Shown piece by piece: positions 1 to 14,298 of a stretch of DNA of 64,000 bases (position 1 is its first letter; every line of letters begins with the position of its first letter). The notes below the pieces were generated by a model, which saw nothing but the letters and a program-made list of their open reading frames with translations, had not been told where the DNA came from and made no database searches. The stretch lies in the NCBI GenBank assembly GCA_965113315.1, contig OZ220366.1, one strand, 5' to 3'. The DNA comes from Podarcis vaucheri. Taxonomy: Eukaryota. The translations under genes were made by a program, and so were the position numbers.

Positions 1-223
1 TTTCCCAAGTTTCTGCAGCTTATCTCCTTACAGAGGAGGAAATCAGAACAGAATATGCCATGTACATATTAAGCGTATCTATGAATCCCATTTCATTTTT
101 GCTAAGTATGCAAGTAGAAAATGAAGTTGAGCCTCCATGATGAATCAACAGTTTCTCAATAATATACTCACATACTCAATGATATACTCATATTTCTATT
201 TTATATATTTATGCTTTTTATAG

Positions 224-256
224 GAGCCACTAGGAAATCATGAACCCAAACACTGG
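224..256 (+). CDS. CRYBG3: CRYBG3 internal micro-exon (EPLGNHEPKHW)
   Basis: TAG acceptor at 221-223, GTAAGT donor at 257, 33 nt, phase 0/0. Resembles recalled human EPLGINEPPHL and joins the next exon in frame. Confidence 0.85.
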
Positions 257-495
257 GTAAGTTCTTGTGAAATCACAATTATTAGCACCATTAATTTTGT
301 GGGATATTGGGGTTAGATCAAGATTTACCCTTTTGTGAATGGAAGTTGCCCTCTGGAGGAAGCAGGTGTGGCTTTGAAGCCCCCCAACACCACCTCCCAT
401 GTATTCTAGGATAGCTCCCCTCCCACTGAGAGCAGCTTTTCAGTAGTTAAGCTAAATAGACTGTTTCAAAGGAAGGAAACTCATATTTAACTATT

Positions 496-520
496 ACACA
501 CACACACACGCGCGCACACA
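496..520. repeat. (CA)n/(CG)n microsatellite
   Basis: acacacacacacacgcgcgcacaca read directly. Confidence 0.8.
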
Positions 521-1348
521 AATAGTGAGTTAAAACTAAACATGAATGGTAATTCCTAATATAAAACTAATCCTGGGTTTATTTTTGCAAGCAATTTCCT
601 CTTTCTTCTTTTTACTGGAGAGAACTCAACTATTGTCCACTATTTTTTAAATCCCTGGGAAAGCATAACCAGCTGGTTGATTTTCCAGTTTCTCTTGCTC
701 TTTTGCCCCTAAGGGTTGGTGCCAAGATTTTTTTATTATATTTTTTGCATCCTTACCAAGTTAAGCAAGTTACATGCTTACATCCAAAACTGCGGTGTTG
801 TCTTGCTCTCTAGCAAGCTTACATAATGTTTTTCAGTTGTACTAATGAGTCCATTCTCAGTTGACTAACATTTCCTAGTCTATCCTACTGGAGCACATCC
901 TGTGATGGAAGCCTACCACATTTTGTCAATTTCCAGGCCTAACTGGATGGTGTATACTTTTGCTGCCCATTAGGCAGTGTACTAGAAGACTTCACTTTCT
1001 ACCAAAATCTTGATTTAGGCTGCTTAACCTTAATTGCATTTAATTGGGAAAAATTATATTGCATACTGCGCAGCTGTATTCCATAAATACGAACATTGCT
1101 AATAGTTTTCATACAGGCAACTGTTGTATCAACAAGTACATACTTGTTATCAGCAATCTTAGCAGAAATATCAGATCAGTTACAAATCAGTCATAATGCT
1201 ATAGGGAAAATAACATGTTTTAAGTACAACTTTTTCTTTTTAAAACTTCAGAATGATAAAACACTGCTTCTCTGTGACTACTTATCGTAATATATACATT
1301 TGTTTTCTAGTTTATGCATTTATGTGTTGAAAACATTTTTTTTAATAG

Positions 1349-1458
1349 CTTAAAGCTTTCAGCGGCACACATTTCAAGGGATCGTATATAGATGTTACAA
1401 GAGAAGTTGCTGGTTTTGCATCATTTACACCTTGTTCTTTTAAGGTTCTTCGGGGATG
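1349..1458 (+). CDS. CRYBG3: CRYBG3 exon (LKAFSGTHFKG...PCSFKVLRG-C), beta/gamma-crystallin motif
   Basis: tttaatAG acceptor, GTGAGT donor, 110 nt ending phase 2; Greek-key-type SFKVLRGCW motif. Confidence 0.92.
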
Positions 1459-1888
1459 GTGAGTTGATCTATTCACAATTTTTAAAGCAACTTGGAAAAC
1501 AATTTCAATCTATTTTATTTACACCTTAAAAGTGAGAGAATTTTCAAGGCAGTTTACAAAAAAAATGGTGATAATGCTTTAATTATAATATTTGTTTATA
1601 AGCTGTCTTGAAAATTATCTCTCTTTTAAGCTGTTAACTTTTCAGTAAGGGCATTATATAGTTGCTAAAGCCTACAGTCAGATTTGTGCCATGCTTAGAA
1701 ATAGGCCCCTAATTTCATGACTGCTAGTATCAAACTTACGCTGTATGCATTTATTTTGTGTTTAGTTGTAAGTCCCTAGAATGAAATCAGTGTGTGTTGA
1801 AAAAATTGTCTTCTGTTGATATTTTATTTGGAGAAAAACATAATAACCTATTACGACAGCTGACCTTTTCTTGGATTTATCCTTCTAG

Positions 1889-2015
1889 TTGGTTGCTGCA
1901 TTACCAGGGGGAAACTGCTGAGGATCAGTGTGTGCTGGAAGAAGACCTCTACCCTGACCTTACTTCCTGTGGTTGTCCAGCAGCTGCAGTCAAGTCCCTT
2001 AAGCCTCTTGAATAT
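1889..2015 (+). CDS. CRYBG3: CRYBG3 exon (WLLHYQGETAEDQCVLEEDLYPDLTSCGCPAAAVKSLKPLEY)
   Basis: ccttctAG / GTAAGA, 127 nt, phase 2 to 0; lies inside ORF 1794..2048; strong match to recalled CRYBG3. Confidence 0.93.
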
Positions 2016-2523
2016 GTAAGATCTGTATTTAAAAGGTCTGTTTTATAGCCAGCCATACTCCAGGGAAGCCTATTAAATTCCCTGTAATTCAAATTCAGGG
2101 AAAATAGCATCTTGCAGAGAAATTGAACAGTTGGGCTGCATATGCACACAGATATTAGAGAGAGAAAATTAACTTACTGAATAGTACTTTGTTTGGTGCG
2201 GTGGCAAGGAGATACTTTTTTAAGGGCAAAGTCTAGTGCACAGGCAGGCATTGTTTGTGGTGAGTCCTACCAAGCCTCCTGCATTGTGCTGACAATGGTC
2301 CTGTCCCAGTTTCATGTCTTTGTCAGAAGAACGTGGTAATATGGCTAATTGATAGAGGTTTCCCCTCTAATTTTATTTACATGCCAACTGCATGTTCAGG
2401 TGACTCAGTTGTCCTGCGTTTGGAGCAGTAGCAGCAGTGCAGGCAGGAAGCAACCATCTAATGAAATATTTGTTTGGATTTAAACAAATGATCTCCAACC
2501 TATAATTCGTGCCAGTGTAATTT

Positions 2524-2860
2524 CTGTGGGTTAAACCACAGAGCCTAGGAGTTGCTGATCAGAAGGTCAGCGGTTCGCATCCCCGTGACAGGGTGAGCTC
2601 CTGTTGCTCGGTCCCTGCTCCTGCCAATCTAGCAGTTCGAAAGCACGTCAAAGTGCAAGTAGATAAATAGGGACCGCTCCGGCGGGAAGGTAAATGGCGT
2701 TTCCGTGCGCTGCTCTGGTTCGCCAGAAGCGGCTTAGTCATGCTGGCCACATGACCTGGAAGCTGTACGCCGGCTCCCTCGGCCAATAAAGCGAGATGAG
2801 CGCCGCAACCCCAGAGTCGGCCACAACTGGATCTAATCGTCAGAGGTCCCTTTACCTTTT
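2524..2860 (+). mobile_element. Sauria SINE (Squam1-type), near full length
   Basis: tRNA-like head (gatcagaaggtcagcggttcg), body gtgcaagtagataaatagg, CCTTTACCTTT tail; homologous to the copy at 34955. Confidence 0.88.
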
Positions 2861-3642
2861 TAATTTGTTGAAAGGTTGCCAGGTCCACCCTCCCACTCAA
2901 ATTTCTGACAGAAAAAAAGTTTTGCAGCTTACCAAGCAATCCGTAATAGCAAGAACAGGATTAGCATATGATACAGCAATAGCCACACTGGTGTGATGCT
3001 GCAAGATTCTTGTGACTGACACCATAATCCTAATTTATGTCTAATCAGTCAATCCTACTGAATTCAGTGGGGCTTACTCTTCGGTCATTGGGGTTAGGAA
3101 TGCAGCCTTGTTTAATGGGGAAAGGATGTGTTAATTGGTGACAAATGCAAAGTGGGTAGCAGCAAATATATACCAGGTTTATTATTTCCCTGCCATAATC
3201 ACAGGCAATGATATATGTTACCTGACTCGAGCAGTTTCTAAACCTTCAGGTTAGGGCATAACTGAAGTTTTTACAGGTTAAATTGCCCGTAGTATGTCTT
3301 AATTGCCTCAAGTAGACTAACTTTAGTACCATGTGTATTGCTAATCTTAATAGCTCTTTGTTGCACTAAGAACAAACTGGGAAACTGGTCCCCTTTGTGT
3401 TCAGCATTGTACTAGATTAGTTTTACTGTCCCTGAGTGTTTAAAAAAATGTTTTGAAATAGCTTTATAGCTTTCACCAATGAATAGGCTAATTCTTCTCA
3501 TCTTATCGCCTGCCTATTCATGATTGTCCCTTCTCTCAGAGAGAGAGGGGGGGAGGACAAGGAGGAGGAGGAGAATGATAACATTTAAAGACTCAGTCTC
3601 TCATTTGGTCCATTCCTTCTATGCTTCTGGTGTGCAACTATA

Positions 3643-3928
3643 CAGTGGTGCCTTGCAAGACGAATGCCTCGCAAGACGAAAAACTCACTAGACGAGTCGT
3701 TCCGCAAGACGAATTTCCCTATGGGCTTGCTTTGCAAGACGAAACGTCTTGCGAGTTCTTGCGAGTTTGTTTCCTTTTTCTTAAAGCCGCTAAGCCGTTA
3801 ATAGCCGCTAAGCCGTTAATAGCCACTAAGCCGCTAACAGCCGCTAATAGCCGTGCTTCGCAAGACAAAAAACCACAAGACGAAGAGACTTGCGGAACGG
3901 ATTAATTTCGTCTTGCGAGGCACCACTG
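3643..3928. mobile_element. Tc1/mariner-Tigger-like MITE
   Basis: TIRs CAGTGGTGCCTTGCAAGACGAA / TTCGTCTTGCGAGGCACCACTG, TA on both sides; internal reiterations of GCAAGACGAA and TAAGCCGTTAATAGCC. Confidence 0.88.
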
Positions 3929-4518
3929 TATTGTCTTTTGGCTGTTTTGCAATGTCATTTGGCCCTTATTAAATTCATACTGTTAGAATCCAGCTAATTT
4001 GAAATTTGTTGAAATTTGTTAAAATTTTAAGAGAGACTAGCATTGTTAAACCATTGTGTTGTGTCCTCAAGAGGCTCTGTGGCAGGAAATTATGACCTCT
4101 GTACAAGGAGGAACTTCCCCTGGTTTCATTTACAAACAACATGCAGTTTAGCAGTATCATGCACTTGCTGTTCTAGAAAGCTGCTTTTAGCAACAATGTT
4201 AGATGTTGATCTGAACACTCAAGAATGCAGTAATGGGCAGACATTATTTACTTCTGTGCACAATTGTTTTGAGCCTGTATTTTATACATTGCTTATTTTT
4301 GTATTGTGCTTGTTTTTAATTGCCGAAATGGTTTCTTCTGCACGTGTCTACTGCAAAAGTACTTCATTTTGGCTAGAGAAAACAAAAATGGTTCTTAAGC
4401 ATCTCAGTCCATGCCCAGTTCAGCTGAAGTATTTTAGGCAGTTAGGTATCATCAGATGTAACTGGAATGTAGTTTACATTTTTATGGCATTGCTGACTTA
4501 GAAGACATTTTAAAAGTA

Positions 4519-4763
4519 CAGTGAGTGGTACCTTGGAAGTTGAACAGAATCCATTCCAGAAGTCCGTTCAATTTCCAAAATGTTCAGAAACCAAGACATG
4601 GCTTCCGATTGGCTGCAGGAAGCTCCTGCAGCCAATCGGAAGCCGTGTCGGATGTTCAGGTTCCAAAGAACATTCTAAAACTAGAACAATCACTTCTGGT
4701 TTTCGATTGTTCGAGAGCCAGAACGTTTGACTCCCAAGGCATTTGAAAACCAAGGTACGACTG
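4519..4763. mobile_element. Tigger-like MITE
   Basis: TA-CAGT...GTACCTTGG / CCAAGGTACGACTG-TA ends; internal palindrome ccgattggctgcagga/tcctgcagccaatcgg; same family as 14098. Confidence 0.8.
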
Positions 4764-5446
4764 TAATTTTACTCATCCCATATGAAGAGTCCAGTTGGAT
4801 CAGTCCGAAGGCTTCTCTAGTACAGCATCCTATTCCCACAGTGGCCAAGAGAAGCCCATAACCAGGGCATAAGTCCAATAGCCCTCTCCCATTCATGAGC
4901 CTAGCAACTAGTATTCAGAAGTATACTTAGTCCATCCCTGATGGCTGTTTGTTTATTTTATGAAGTGCTGATTAATTGATTATGCTTATCAGTACAACCA
5001 GCTTTTATTTGGTTTCTGTTGCCAACAGAATCTAAGGTCACTTTTTTTAGTTGTTTTAGTTGGATTTTTATTTTATTTTAAATCTGGCTAGGATTGAAAG
5101 TAAACACAAAATGATATAACAAAAGATATGTGATATTAAGCTTACATATTCATAATTACTAGAAGCTGCCACATTAACAACTGTTGATATAGCTTTGACA
5201 ATTTCTCAGTCCTTGATATAGTTGCACTAGGAAAAAATAAAAGGATAGTTTGAGGAAGACTGTATGGTCCAACTCCAATTCTTTGATTCTATGAAAGTCT
5301 GTCATGTAGGTCAGAGTTAAATAGAATGTTATCTGTGGAACTTTGTCACCTGAGCAGAAAATAATGGCCAGAGCTGCTGTTGTGCCTTTGGCAGAAGTGT
5401 AATGAGCAGGGATTAGCAGGAGAAGCTTTTCATGGGATAGCAATGA

Positions 5447-5727
5447 TTGTTGTTGTTGTTGTTGTTTAGTCGTTTAGTCGTGTCTGACTCTTTGTGACCC
5501 CATGGACCAGAGCACGCCAGGCACTCCTGTCTTCCACTGCCTTCCACAGCTTGGTCAAACAGCACACTATCCAACCACCTCGTCCTCTGTCGTCCCCTTC
5601 TCCTTGTGCCCTCAATCTTTCCCAATATCAGGGTCTTTTCCAGGGAGTCTTCTCTTCTCATGAGGTGGCCAAAGTATTGGAGCCTCAGCTTCACGATCTG
5701 CCCTTCCAGTGAGGACTCAGGGCTGGT
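5447..5727 (-). mobile_element. RTE-BovB LINE 3' fragment with (CAA)n tail
   Basis: Minus ORF KLRLQYFGHLMRREDSLEKTLILGKIEG...RWLD is the BovB RT C-terminus; internal deletion relative to the 39385 copy. Confidence 0.9.
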
Positions 5728-5955
5728 ACCTCCTAATGAGTGCTAATCAATTAGGAGTTGAAAGTGCAGAAACAATGGCCAGTTTAAAAATTGCCAACCC
5801 TAATTGTTTGACAATTCCGCTCATGATGTTCAGTGGGGGTTCCTCCTAGGTAGGTGTGCCTAGGACTGTTCCACAATCTCTGTTGTTGCTGACAATGTTG
5901 TTGTTGTTCATCCAAGTTTACCAACAATTTTGAAAACTGTTCTGATCCTCTAGGC

Positions 5956-6091
5956 CAGGCTTCCTCAACCTCAGCCCTCCAGATGTTTTTGGCCTACAAC
6001 TCCCATGATCCCTAGCTAGCAGGACCAGTGGTCAGGGATGATGGGAATTCTAGTCTCAAAACATCTGGAGGGCCAAAGTTGAGGAGGCCTT
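5956..6091. mobile_element. hAT-type palindromic MITE
   Basis: 8-bp TSD CTCTAGGC at 5948-5955 and 6092-6099; TIR CAGGCTTCCTCAAC; long internal inverted repeat. Confidence 0.85.
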
Positions 6092-6753
6092 CTCTAGGCT
6101 GTGCCATTGTTTGACTATCTTCTACTTTCAGATTTTTCAAATCCTTTTTCTCTGCTAGCCTTAAAATGATCTAGCAATCATGGGCACGGTTTGAATAAGT
6201 TGAAGATGTTCATGTTTTGAGCTCTAGTGGGGGTTCAGGGCTCTGCCACTATGGAATTCCTGTGTTCATGTAAACCATGGGGCGGGTGGAAGCTACCACT
6301 GGCAATAGACAGCATATCCCCCCCCCAAAAAAAAACCCCAGTGTTTCAGAGGCCAGGGAAGGGATAGAACTGGACCAACCAAGGATGTGCTGTATCCTAA
6401 GCTTGCCCAGCTTCTGGCAGGAAGCCAAATCTGGGCTTCTCAGCTGTACTAGTCTGGACCTGGCATAGCAGAAAGGTGGTTTCCCCACCTGCCCCCTCCC
6501 CCACCTTAAGCCCTGGCCCTCATGAGTTGTGGGGCCCCAAATGCAGTTGTTCTGCCACTCTATGAAGCCTCGCTGCTGGCTTCTAACAGTTTGCAATGTT
6601 CCTTAACTTGATTTGTTCAGAAGCCAAATGTGCAGTGATACCTGTCCCTGGAGGGAGTTGTCACCTTGCAAGTAGAGACACTAGCAAAATGGGGAACTAC
6701 CTTCACAGCGACATTTGCTGTGCAGATGTTACCAGCTTTTCTCTTTTCTGTAG

Positions 6754-6894
<141 letters not shown>

Positions 6895-8034
6895 TAAGTA
6901 TCCCTTTATTCTACAGAGTAGAATTCCTAACATTGCACAAGCAGGGTGGCACTGTTGAGCGTCATCTAGTATTTCCATAAGAAGGAACTGCATGGAATAC
7001 TGTATTAATCCAAGTGCTTTTTGGGGATATACACACACAGTAAATGTGCATATATGTATACTTCAAGTAGTGAAACGTTTAGTCTTGCAGCACTTTATTT
7101 TGTAATGGCAGAAGTGAAGATCAGAGGAACTATTTGCTAACATGTTTCAAGCAGGACAGAACAAGCAAAAAATGCAAGAATAAATGGCTGTCTTAGATAA
7201 AAGCATTTAACTTGCAAAACAGGAATCACACAGCCAGCCTTGTTTTAGAATAGGTAGAGGAGGAGAAAAATGAAAACCTGCTATATATTAATTTCAGGTT
7301 TCCAACAACTATGATGCAATGTCTGTTGTAAAATAAACGCCGCTCTTTAAACAACATAAGGCAATATTCTGCCTTGAAAATACCCTCAGAGGTTACAAGT
7401 ATAGGCTACAATGCCACATTACTCATCCAAGGTATTTTTAAATGATGGAAAGGGGGAGTGTTCCATGAAGAAGAAAGCAAAAGTCTGCTGAGCATATGCT
7501 AGGCTGCAACAACTAAGATTATCACTGGGGGAATATTCTGGGGGAATATTTTTTTAGGATTGAATTAGAACTGAAATTAAAGTTGATTTGAATTTCTTCT
7601 GCCCATTCCCTTTTCCTTCCCCTATGATAGGGAAACATGTTAGAAAGATCTCTGGAGAAATGCCAACTTCCTGCCCAGAGCTGTTAAAATAACCAGAATC
7701 CTATCTGAATGGGAGGGTGATGCTCCTTTGTGAACATCTGATGTGGTAGTTTGGTCTCTGTTTCATTATAGTCAAAGTTGGCAAAGGCTGTTTGCTGTCT
7801 TTCCTCACATAGGCTAATCAGATGTTTGGGTCCAATCTTGTACATGTCTATTTGGAAGTAGGTTTCGCTAAGATATGCATAGTATTGAAGCCTTAATGGC
7901 TTACAACTCAACATCTAGTATAATGCGATCATGCGAAGCATGAGTATATTTTCAGTTAAAAACACTTTACTGCATATTTTTTGTCTAGTTGAAATTTTAC
8001 CGCATTAACATAGTTAATTCACATTCTGTTTTGA

Positions 8035-8211
<177 letters not shown>

Positions 8212-8395
8212 TAAAATGTTGATCCTACATTCGGCAAAGGTAGGGAGTTCTTCTCTGCTGAATGGAACCTAAGCCATGTCCAATTCTAGTATTCATTTAG
8301 TTGTGGAAGTACATTACCATTTTTATGCATGCGGTATGCAAACAGAGGTTGTATGTTTACATCAGAAGGAAAAATGTATTTGTGCAGATTTATAA

Positions 8396-8617
<222 letters not shown>

Positions 8618-9449
8618 TAGCAGCTGAAACAGCAATGTCATCATCCTCAATTTTGTCTGTTTATAAAGCCCGGCCATTTCTTCTTCTGTGCAAGTAGGGA
8701 CCAGGGCAATGCGATGGGCAGTGGAAACACTTTAGGTACTTAGGAAAGCTAGCTAACCCTTCCTGCCTTTTCCCTCTCACAAATCCATAGCTTGCTTCTT
8801 CAACAGCCCAGGTTCCAAATTCAAGTTTCCATTGCATCCACAAATTAATGTTTCTAATTCATATGAATAAGGCTTTGAAACTGCAAACTTTTCAGGGTGA
8901 AATGAGGTAATGTATTTTAAAAGCAAACAGCACACTGTGTCAGAAAAATAAGGGTTTTGTTTTTTTTTAATAGCAGCCTTCATGGGAGAACAATTATTTT
9001 GACTCCTGTATCATTTTCAAGTTCAAATGCATTAGCTCTGCATGTGATACATTTCCTTGCATGAATGTCTCCCTGGGAGAAGAACCTCTCTAAAAGGTTA
9101 CTTTAGTGTGTGTTTTATCATTGGAGTGTGCTAATTTGTACCAGACTTCTCAGACCACCTTTATCATGCATTTGTAAAAAAACTGAGTATGGAAAACCAT
9201 GCCTTCTAGCATACTACTAAAGATGCAATTGCTACATTTTGCTTTATGGTTAGGCCAAAACTGCCGTAATCCCCTCCTTTTTTAAAAGTTTCCTTCTTGG
9301 CAATTGTCCTCAGTTACATATGTTGAATTTGATAGCACTGAGATCACTGTCTCCATTTGTTCAACGCTTAGAATCTGCTCCAGGTCCTGGGCACCATTTT
9401 GTTCCAATTGCCTTAATACAACTAGTCACAGATAGATCTGTGTCTGTAA

Positions 9450-9573
9450 AACAGGGATGGGGAACCAGATGATTTCCAGATGTTGCTGGAGACCCATGTT
9501 CCTCTTCCCCAGTCAACATGATGGGCGTTAGGAGTCCAGCAACATCTGGAGGACCACAGGTTCCCAACCCCTG
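9450..9573. mobile_element. Degenerate hAT-type palindromic MITE
   Basis: tccagatgttgctgga ... tccagcaacatctgga inverted arms; CAGGG...CCCTG ends. Confidence 0.6.
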
Positions 9574-9851
9574 CTATCGAGCATACGCATGCCTAACAAT
9601 GAACTTTGGCCTGTTGCACCAGCCCTTTTTTACTCTTCATACCATGCTTTAAACTGTCTACTAAAAACAGTGATACCCTGTACTCGGTGAATCAGTTGTT
9701 TATTTTGGTGGTATGATGGATCCAGCCTTCTTGTTGCTGGAGACTATATTCCTGCTATTGTACTTTTCTGTAGGACATATATCCGTTAGAAATATGTAAA
9801 TATTAGAGCCCACCAAGGCAATGAACAAATTCTTTCCCCCAATTTATCTAG

Positions 9852-10019
<168 letters not shown>

Positions 10020-11039
10020 TAGCTATTGTTTTATATGCCCCTTTAATTTGGTACAAAAATACAAGTCTTCACACAATTGTCTCCTCACTCCCCTTTTAAG
10101 GCTCTTAAACTAGATTTAGGTCATGTCAAGCTTACCCTGAATAATTGTCAAGCTTACCTGGAATAACTTAGAAAGTGGACATAGCGAGCTCTTCTGCACA
10201 CTGAGGTCACGAATGCATTTAGTCCATCTAAATAGCAATATCCTTAGATCTTTTCGCAACTGAAGTCAAAAGGCTTCTTCGTCAAAACCACATTGGATAC
10301 TCGAATCATGAAAATCATGCCTCCTAGGAAGTATTTCACCAGAAGTAATTGTTTCATTTAGCTTTAAGCTTAGTAATGCTCGAAGTTCCTTGGTCCGCTT
10401 TCTGAATAGGCTGGCCCTTGTCAGTATCAGACTTGATTGTCCAAATAATGTTTATAATTGTCCAACTTAAGAGCAGGGTAGAACTACGCAATGAATGTAT
10501 TTGTAGGGGATCATGACAAAAATCCAAAAAGGTGAAAGCACTTCAAGTTAAAGGGTATGTGCCAGAGATAGTGACACCATGTATAGGTGTTCATCCACTG
10601 ATGCTAGAAGCCTATAAGCCAGAACAAGCAAGCTGTAGTGCTTGGTTTTAAAGGAAAGCATAGTGGAATGGAGAGAACCAGTGGCACACTATCTCTGGGT
10701 ACAAACACTGTAGGAAAGCCAGGGGAGGGTTAACTGGAGGTGGTGTCACTGCGAAAATAAGATGCTGGGCTAGATTAGATGAGCCTTTGGTCTGATCCAG
10801 CAGGACTCTTTTTTTTGTCTTGCCAGTAACAATGGAATCTAAAAGAATATTACTTTGCTATGCTAGCAGCAGCAGCTGCAGTTTCCATAAGCATGCAGTG
10901 AAACCAAATCAAAGATTCATGTGTTTATAAACAGTGATAAAACACACATTGAATTTGGATAATCCATTTAGCTACAATGATCATATTTTGCTTAGCTTTT
11001 GGGGAGGCGGGGGGAATACTCTGTAGTGCTGCCTTATAG

Positions 11040-11168
11040 AGCCAAACTTGGCCCTCCAGCTGTTTTTGGGACTACAACTCCCATCATCCCTAGCTAACAG
11101 GACCAGGGGTCAGGGATGATGGGAATTGTAGTCCCAAAACAGCAGGAGGCGAAGTTTGGCCATCCCTG
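11040..11168. mobile_element. hAT-type palindromic MITE (same family as 5956)
   Basis: actacaactcccatcatccct / agggatgatgggaattgtagt inverted arms. Confidence 0.75.
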
Positions 11169-11703
11169 TTATAAAGTATGCCATTTCCGCCTGACTTTGT
11201 GGTCAAATTTTTCATGTCTGTCAGTATTTGCGTTCCAAATTGCCATGCATACATTAGGATCTCTGCTTAAGAATACAATTACCGGCTCTTAATAACAGGG
11301 CCAGGGGATCAACAGAGTCTGGACAGACCCAGGCGTCACTGCAGCTTTAATACAACCACTTGTTCGCAGAATCATAAAGAAAACCTTTATAGATAGCAGC
11401 TCTTTGCACACTGGAAAGCTGTCCTACATAAGCTAGAAAAACAGAAAAAAATACAAGGCAAAAAAAATTACCTGAAATACACTGTGCAGGACTAACTAAT
11501 TCTGGATCATGTGTATATATTATCACCATATTGCTTCCAGCTTAGCTTGAAAGAGGGAATTTAAAAACAATTTTAAAAATAGTTTTTAGGTGTTAACATT
11601 TTACAAGTACTGCACATTTAGTGCAATGGAAAAAATAGGCTTATAAATAATCAATAATGAATTGACGTGAACTATTGACCTTCTCAAATGTCTCTTATTT
11701 TAG

Positions 11704-11792
11704 GAGGATATTATTATGACAGGAGCCACATTGTTGTAAACCAGCTTGACACCAGCAAATGCACACAGATATGGGACTTCGAAATATTGTGA
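11704..11792 (+). CDS. CRYBG3: CRYBG3 terminal coding exon (GGYYYDRSHIVVNQLDTSKCTQIWDFEIL*)
   Basis: TAG acceptor at 11701-11703, TGA stop at 11790-11792; C-terminus resembles recalled human TQKWDIEIL. Confidence 0.93.
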
Positions 11793-13202
11793 GTGTGTCT
11801 CACTCCACTATAAAGGCATTTTAAACTCTGAACAAATGTGGGATGGAAACACTGTTGAACAAACTACTGAAGTCACACAGCACTGGAGCGTGTTATAGAA
11901 TGTGCCTGACTCTGCTAGCCAGGGAATCCAAAACTGTCACATGTTTTAAGTGGCAATGGAATGCTGAATCTTATATTGTCTTCTTTACCCTTGTGAACAG
12001 ATATACTACATAAGAGCAATGGCATATTCAGCAGAGTCCTATTAAGCAATAATGCTACAGTGGTGATTATGCAAACATTCTCTACTTGCTAATTATATGT
12101 TTTTTATCCCCCTTTTCCTTATCATGTGAGAGCTAAAAAACAACAAAATTTTGAGCTGAAATGCATCTCCTACAGTTTTAAGCTACAAGTAGAAGCTTTT
12201 TGATTATTGCACTGTTTCCTCATATCTAGATATATCTCACTTTTGAAAAATTGAGTGTTTTGCCTCAGGTAAGTTTCACCATTGTAACTGAAAATGGCGA
12301 TAAAACAAATGCTTTGGGAACTGTATATGAAAAGACAGTTTATTTAATGTTAAGCTTAGTGCTAATTCTCCATTCTCAATAGTATGTTATTGTAGAGGAG
12401 AATTTATGTAAGAGATCTAGTGACTAGTTTCAACTATTCACTAGCAGCTTGGTAATGCACAGAGCATTGTCACAGAGAAATATTGGCAATGATTCAGATT
12501 TTGTATAGAAAACTTTCTGCTGTTGTTCTAGTCTACCTACTGTAGCCACAATTCCAGCCAGTTAAAAATCAATGAGATTAAAAAGTGTTTAACTAGGGAG
12601 ATTAAAGTATATGGTTGCTTTCTGCAGTAATTAACTTTGGCTGGATTGTGCCCTGGGTTTTTTTCTTTCTACTTATGAGTTATTAAAATCAGAACGCCAA
12701 AAGTGTTTGATAAACTAAACATAGCTCTAAGCCTTAGCGTAGTTCATCCACTAGAGAACAAGTCAACACCACGCTTTCAGCTGTTTTCTGGAAAGTTGCA
12801 CCAGCACTATTTGTACCACTTTACATATGCAAATTGGTTTTTTATATATATATATAAAAAACCCTTTCCAAAAATACGGAAAACCTAAGTGTAAAAGGAT
12901 ATGAAAATTCCAGTTGAAGATAAATTCAGACTTGGGGCTCTGCTTCTGCCTATCCTGCAAGAACCTTTCCACTTTCCTCTTAGTTTTAAACTCAAACTTA
13001 AATTGGAATTGTGCAAAACAATGTCTGAGTTTAAAACTAAATTTGCAGTCTAATACAGTTGTTCACTCCAGTGTATCTGGAGCCCCTAGTAATTAAAATC
13101 CTTCTGACTGGCTGCTCTGGCAGGAAATGAGGAGCCACAGGACTGAATTTAGCAGAATTTTAACCACTTTTAAAGGGCTTGAGGTATGCAACCTCTTATG
13201 TC

Positions 13203-14005
13203 AATAAATGAAAATGGTGGCCACATGTTCAGGGCCTGTTTGCACATGTAGCTTTCCATGCTGGATCAGTTCGTTATTTCTGTGTACCTTAATGTATTTT
13301 TTGGAAACAATTGAACATCAAGCTTGAATAGCTAAAACCAAACGGTGCAAGACTAGATTTCTCATATTTGCTATAGCTGCATAGTTAAGGAAAAGGTAAA
13401 AACTTTGGAGGAAAACCTCTATTTTTATAATGAAGATATGGCATTCTTAATATATTAACATCTACCTAAGGGCTTGAGCCACAACTCTGCTGCATTGTGC
13501 CATCAACCACATGCATTCTGGAGACACAACTGACCTTGCCACATCTCCTGTCACTGGTTGCAGAAGCAGCAGAGGCACTTGGGCCGCAAACTGTTGCAGT
13601 AGCTCACACCAGTAACAGCAGCCTTGATTGGCTCTTGCACAACCTCTACCAGCAGTTCAGTCTTCGTATCCTAAAAAAACCTAGTTTTTCTAGAACCAAG
13701 GGAGCTATGCAAGGTGAAATGCTGCATATGTGTGTGTGCACTGCATCCTAATAAGCACTTTAGATTGTAAAATAAATAATACACCTACTTTTTCATTTTT
13801 TACATCACTAGGATCTTTAAATGTATTTTCATCTGAAGCACTTATTTAATAGATGGAATTTGTGTATGCTAAAATCAAACAATTCTGAAATTAGATTTAA
13901 CACTTTTTTAAAAAAGTGCTTTCAAGCCGATGTAAAATCCAGTCAACCTCAAATAAGATGCTCTCATTTGGTGTATCAGTGTTATGTAACTATGACTACA
14001 ATAAA
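13203..14005 (+). terminator. Candidate CRYBG3 polyadenylation signals (AATAAA at 13203, 13771, 14000)
   Basis: Hexamers seen downstream of the stop codon; which one is used cannot be told from sequence. Confidence 0.35.
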
Positions 14006-14097
14006 AACCCCACTTAGTGGGAGTAAGCCTGATTCAACAGGAATCTAAGCAAGCATGAATGGAGTTGCACTCTTAAGTGCAGCAGACTTTCAGGATA

Positions 14098-14298
14098 CAG
14101 TCGTACCTTGGAAGCCAAATGCCTTGCCAGTTGAACGTTTTGGCTCCCGAGAGCCACAAACCCAGAAGTGAGTATTCCGGTTTGTGCACATGCTTTGAAA
14201 GCCGAACATCTGACGTGGCTTCCGATTGCATGCAGAAAGCTCCTGCAACCAATCAGAAGCCGTGCCTTGGTTGTCGAACGGATTCTAAGGTACGTCTG
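14098..14298. mobile_element. Tigger-like MITE
   Basis: TA-CAGTCGTACCTTGG ... CTAAGGTACGTCTG-TA; homologous to 4519..4763 in the opposite orientation. Confidence 0.8.

Noticed and set aside
4043-4501. 152-aa ORF in a CRYBG3 intron
   Set aside because: No domain similarity recognised, and the CRYBG3 exon chain is complete without it.
5956-6091. pre-miRNA-like long hairpin
   Set aside because: Multi-copy hAT-type MITE with an 8-bp TSD; similar copies at about 11040, 24700, 49770 and 50430.
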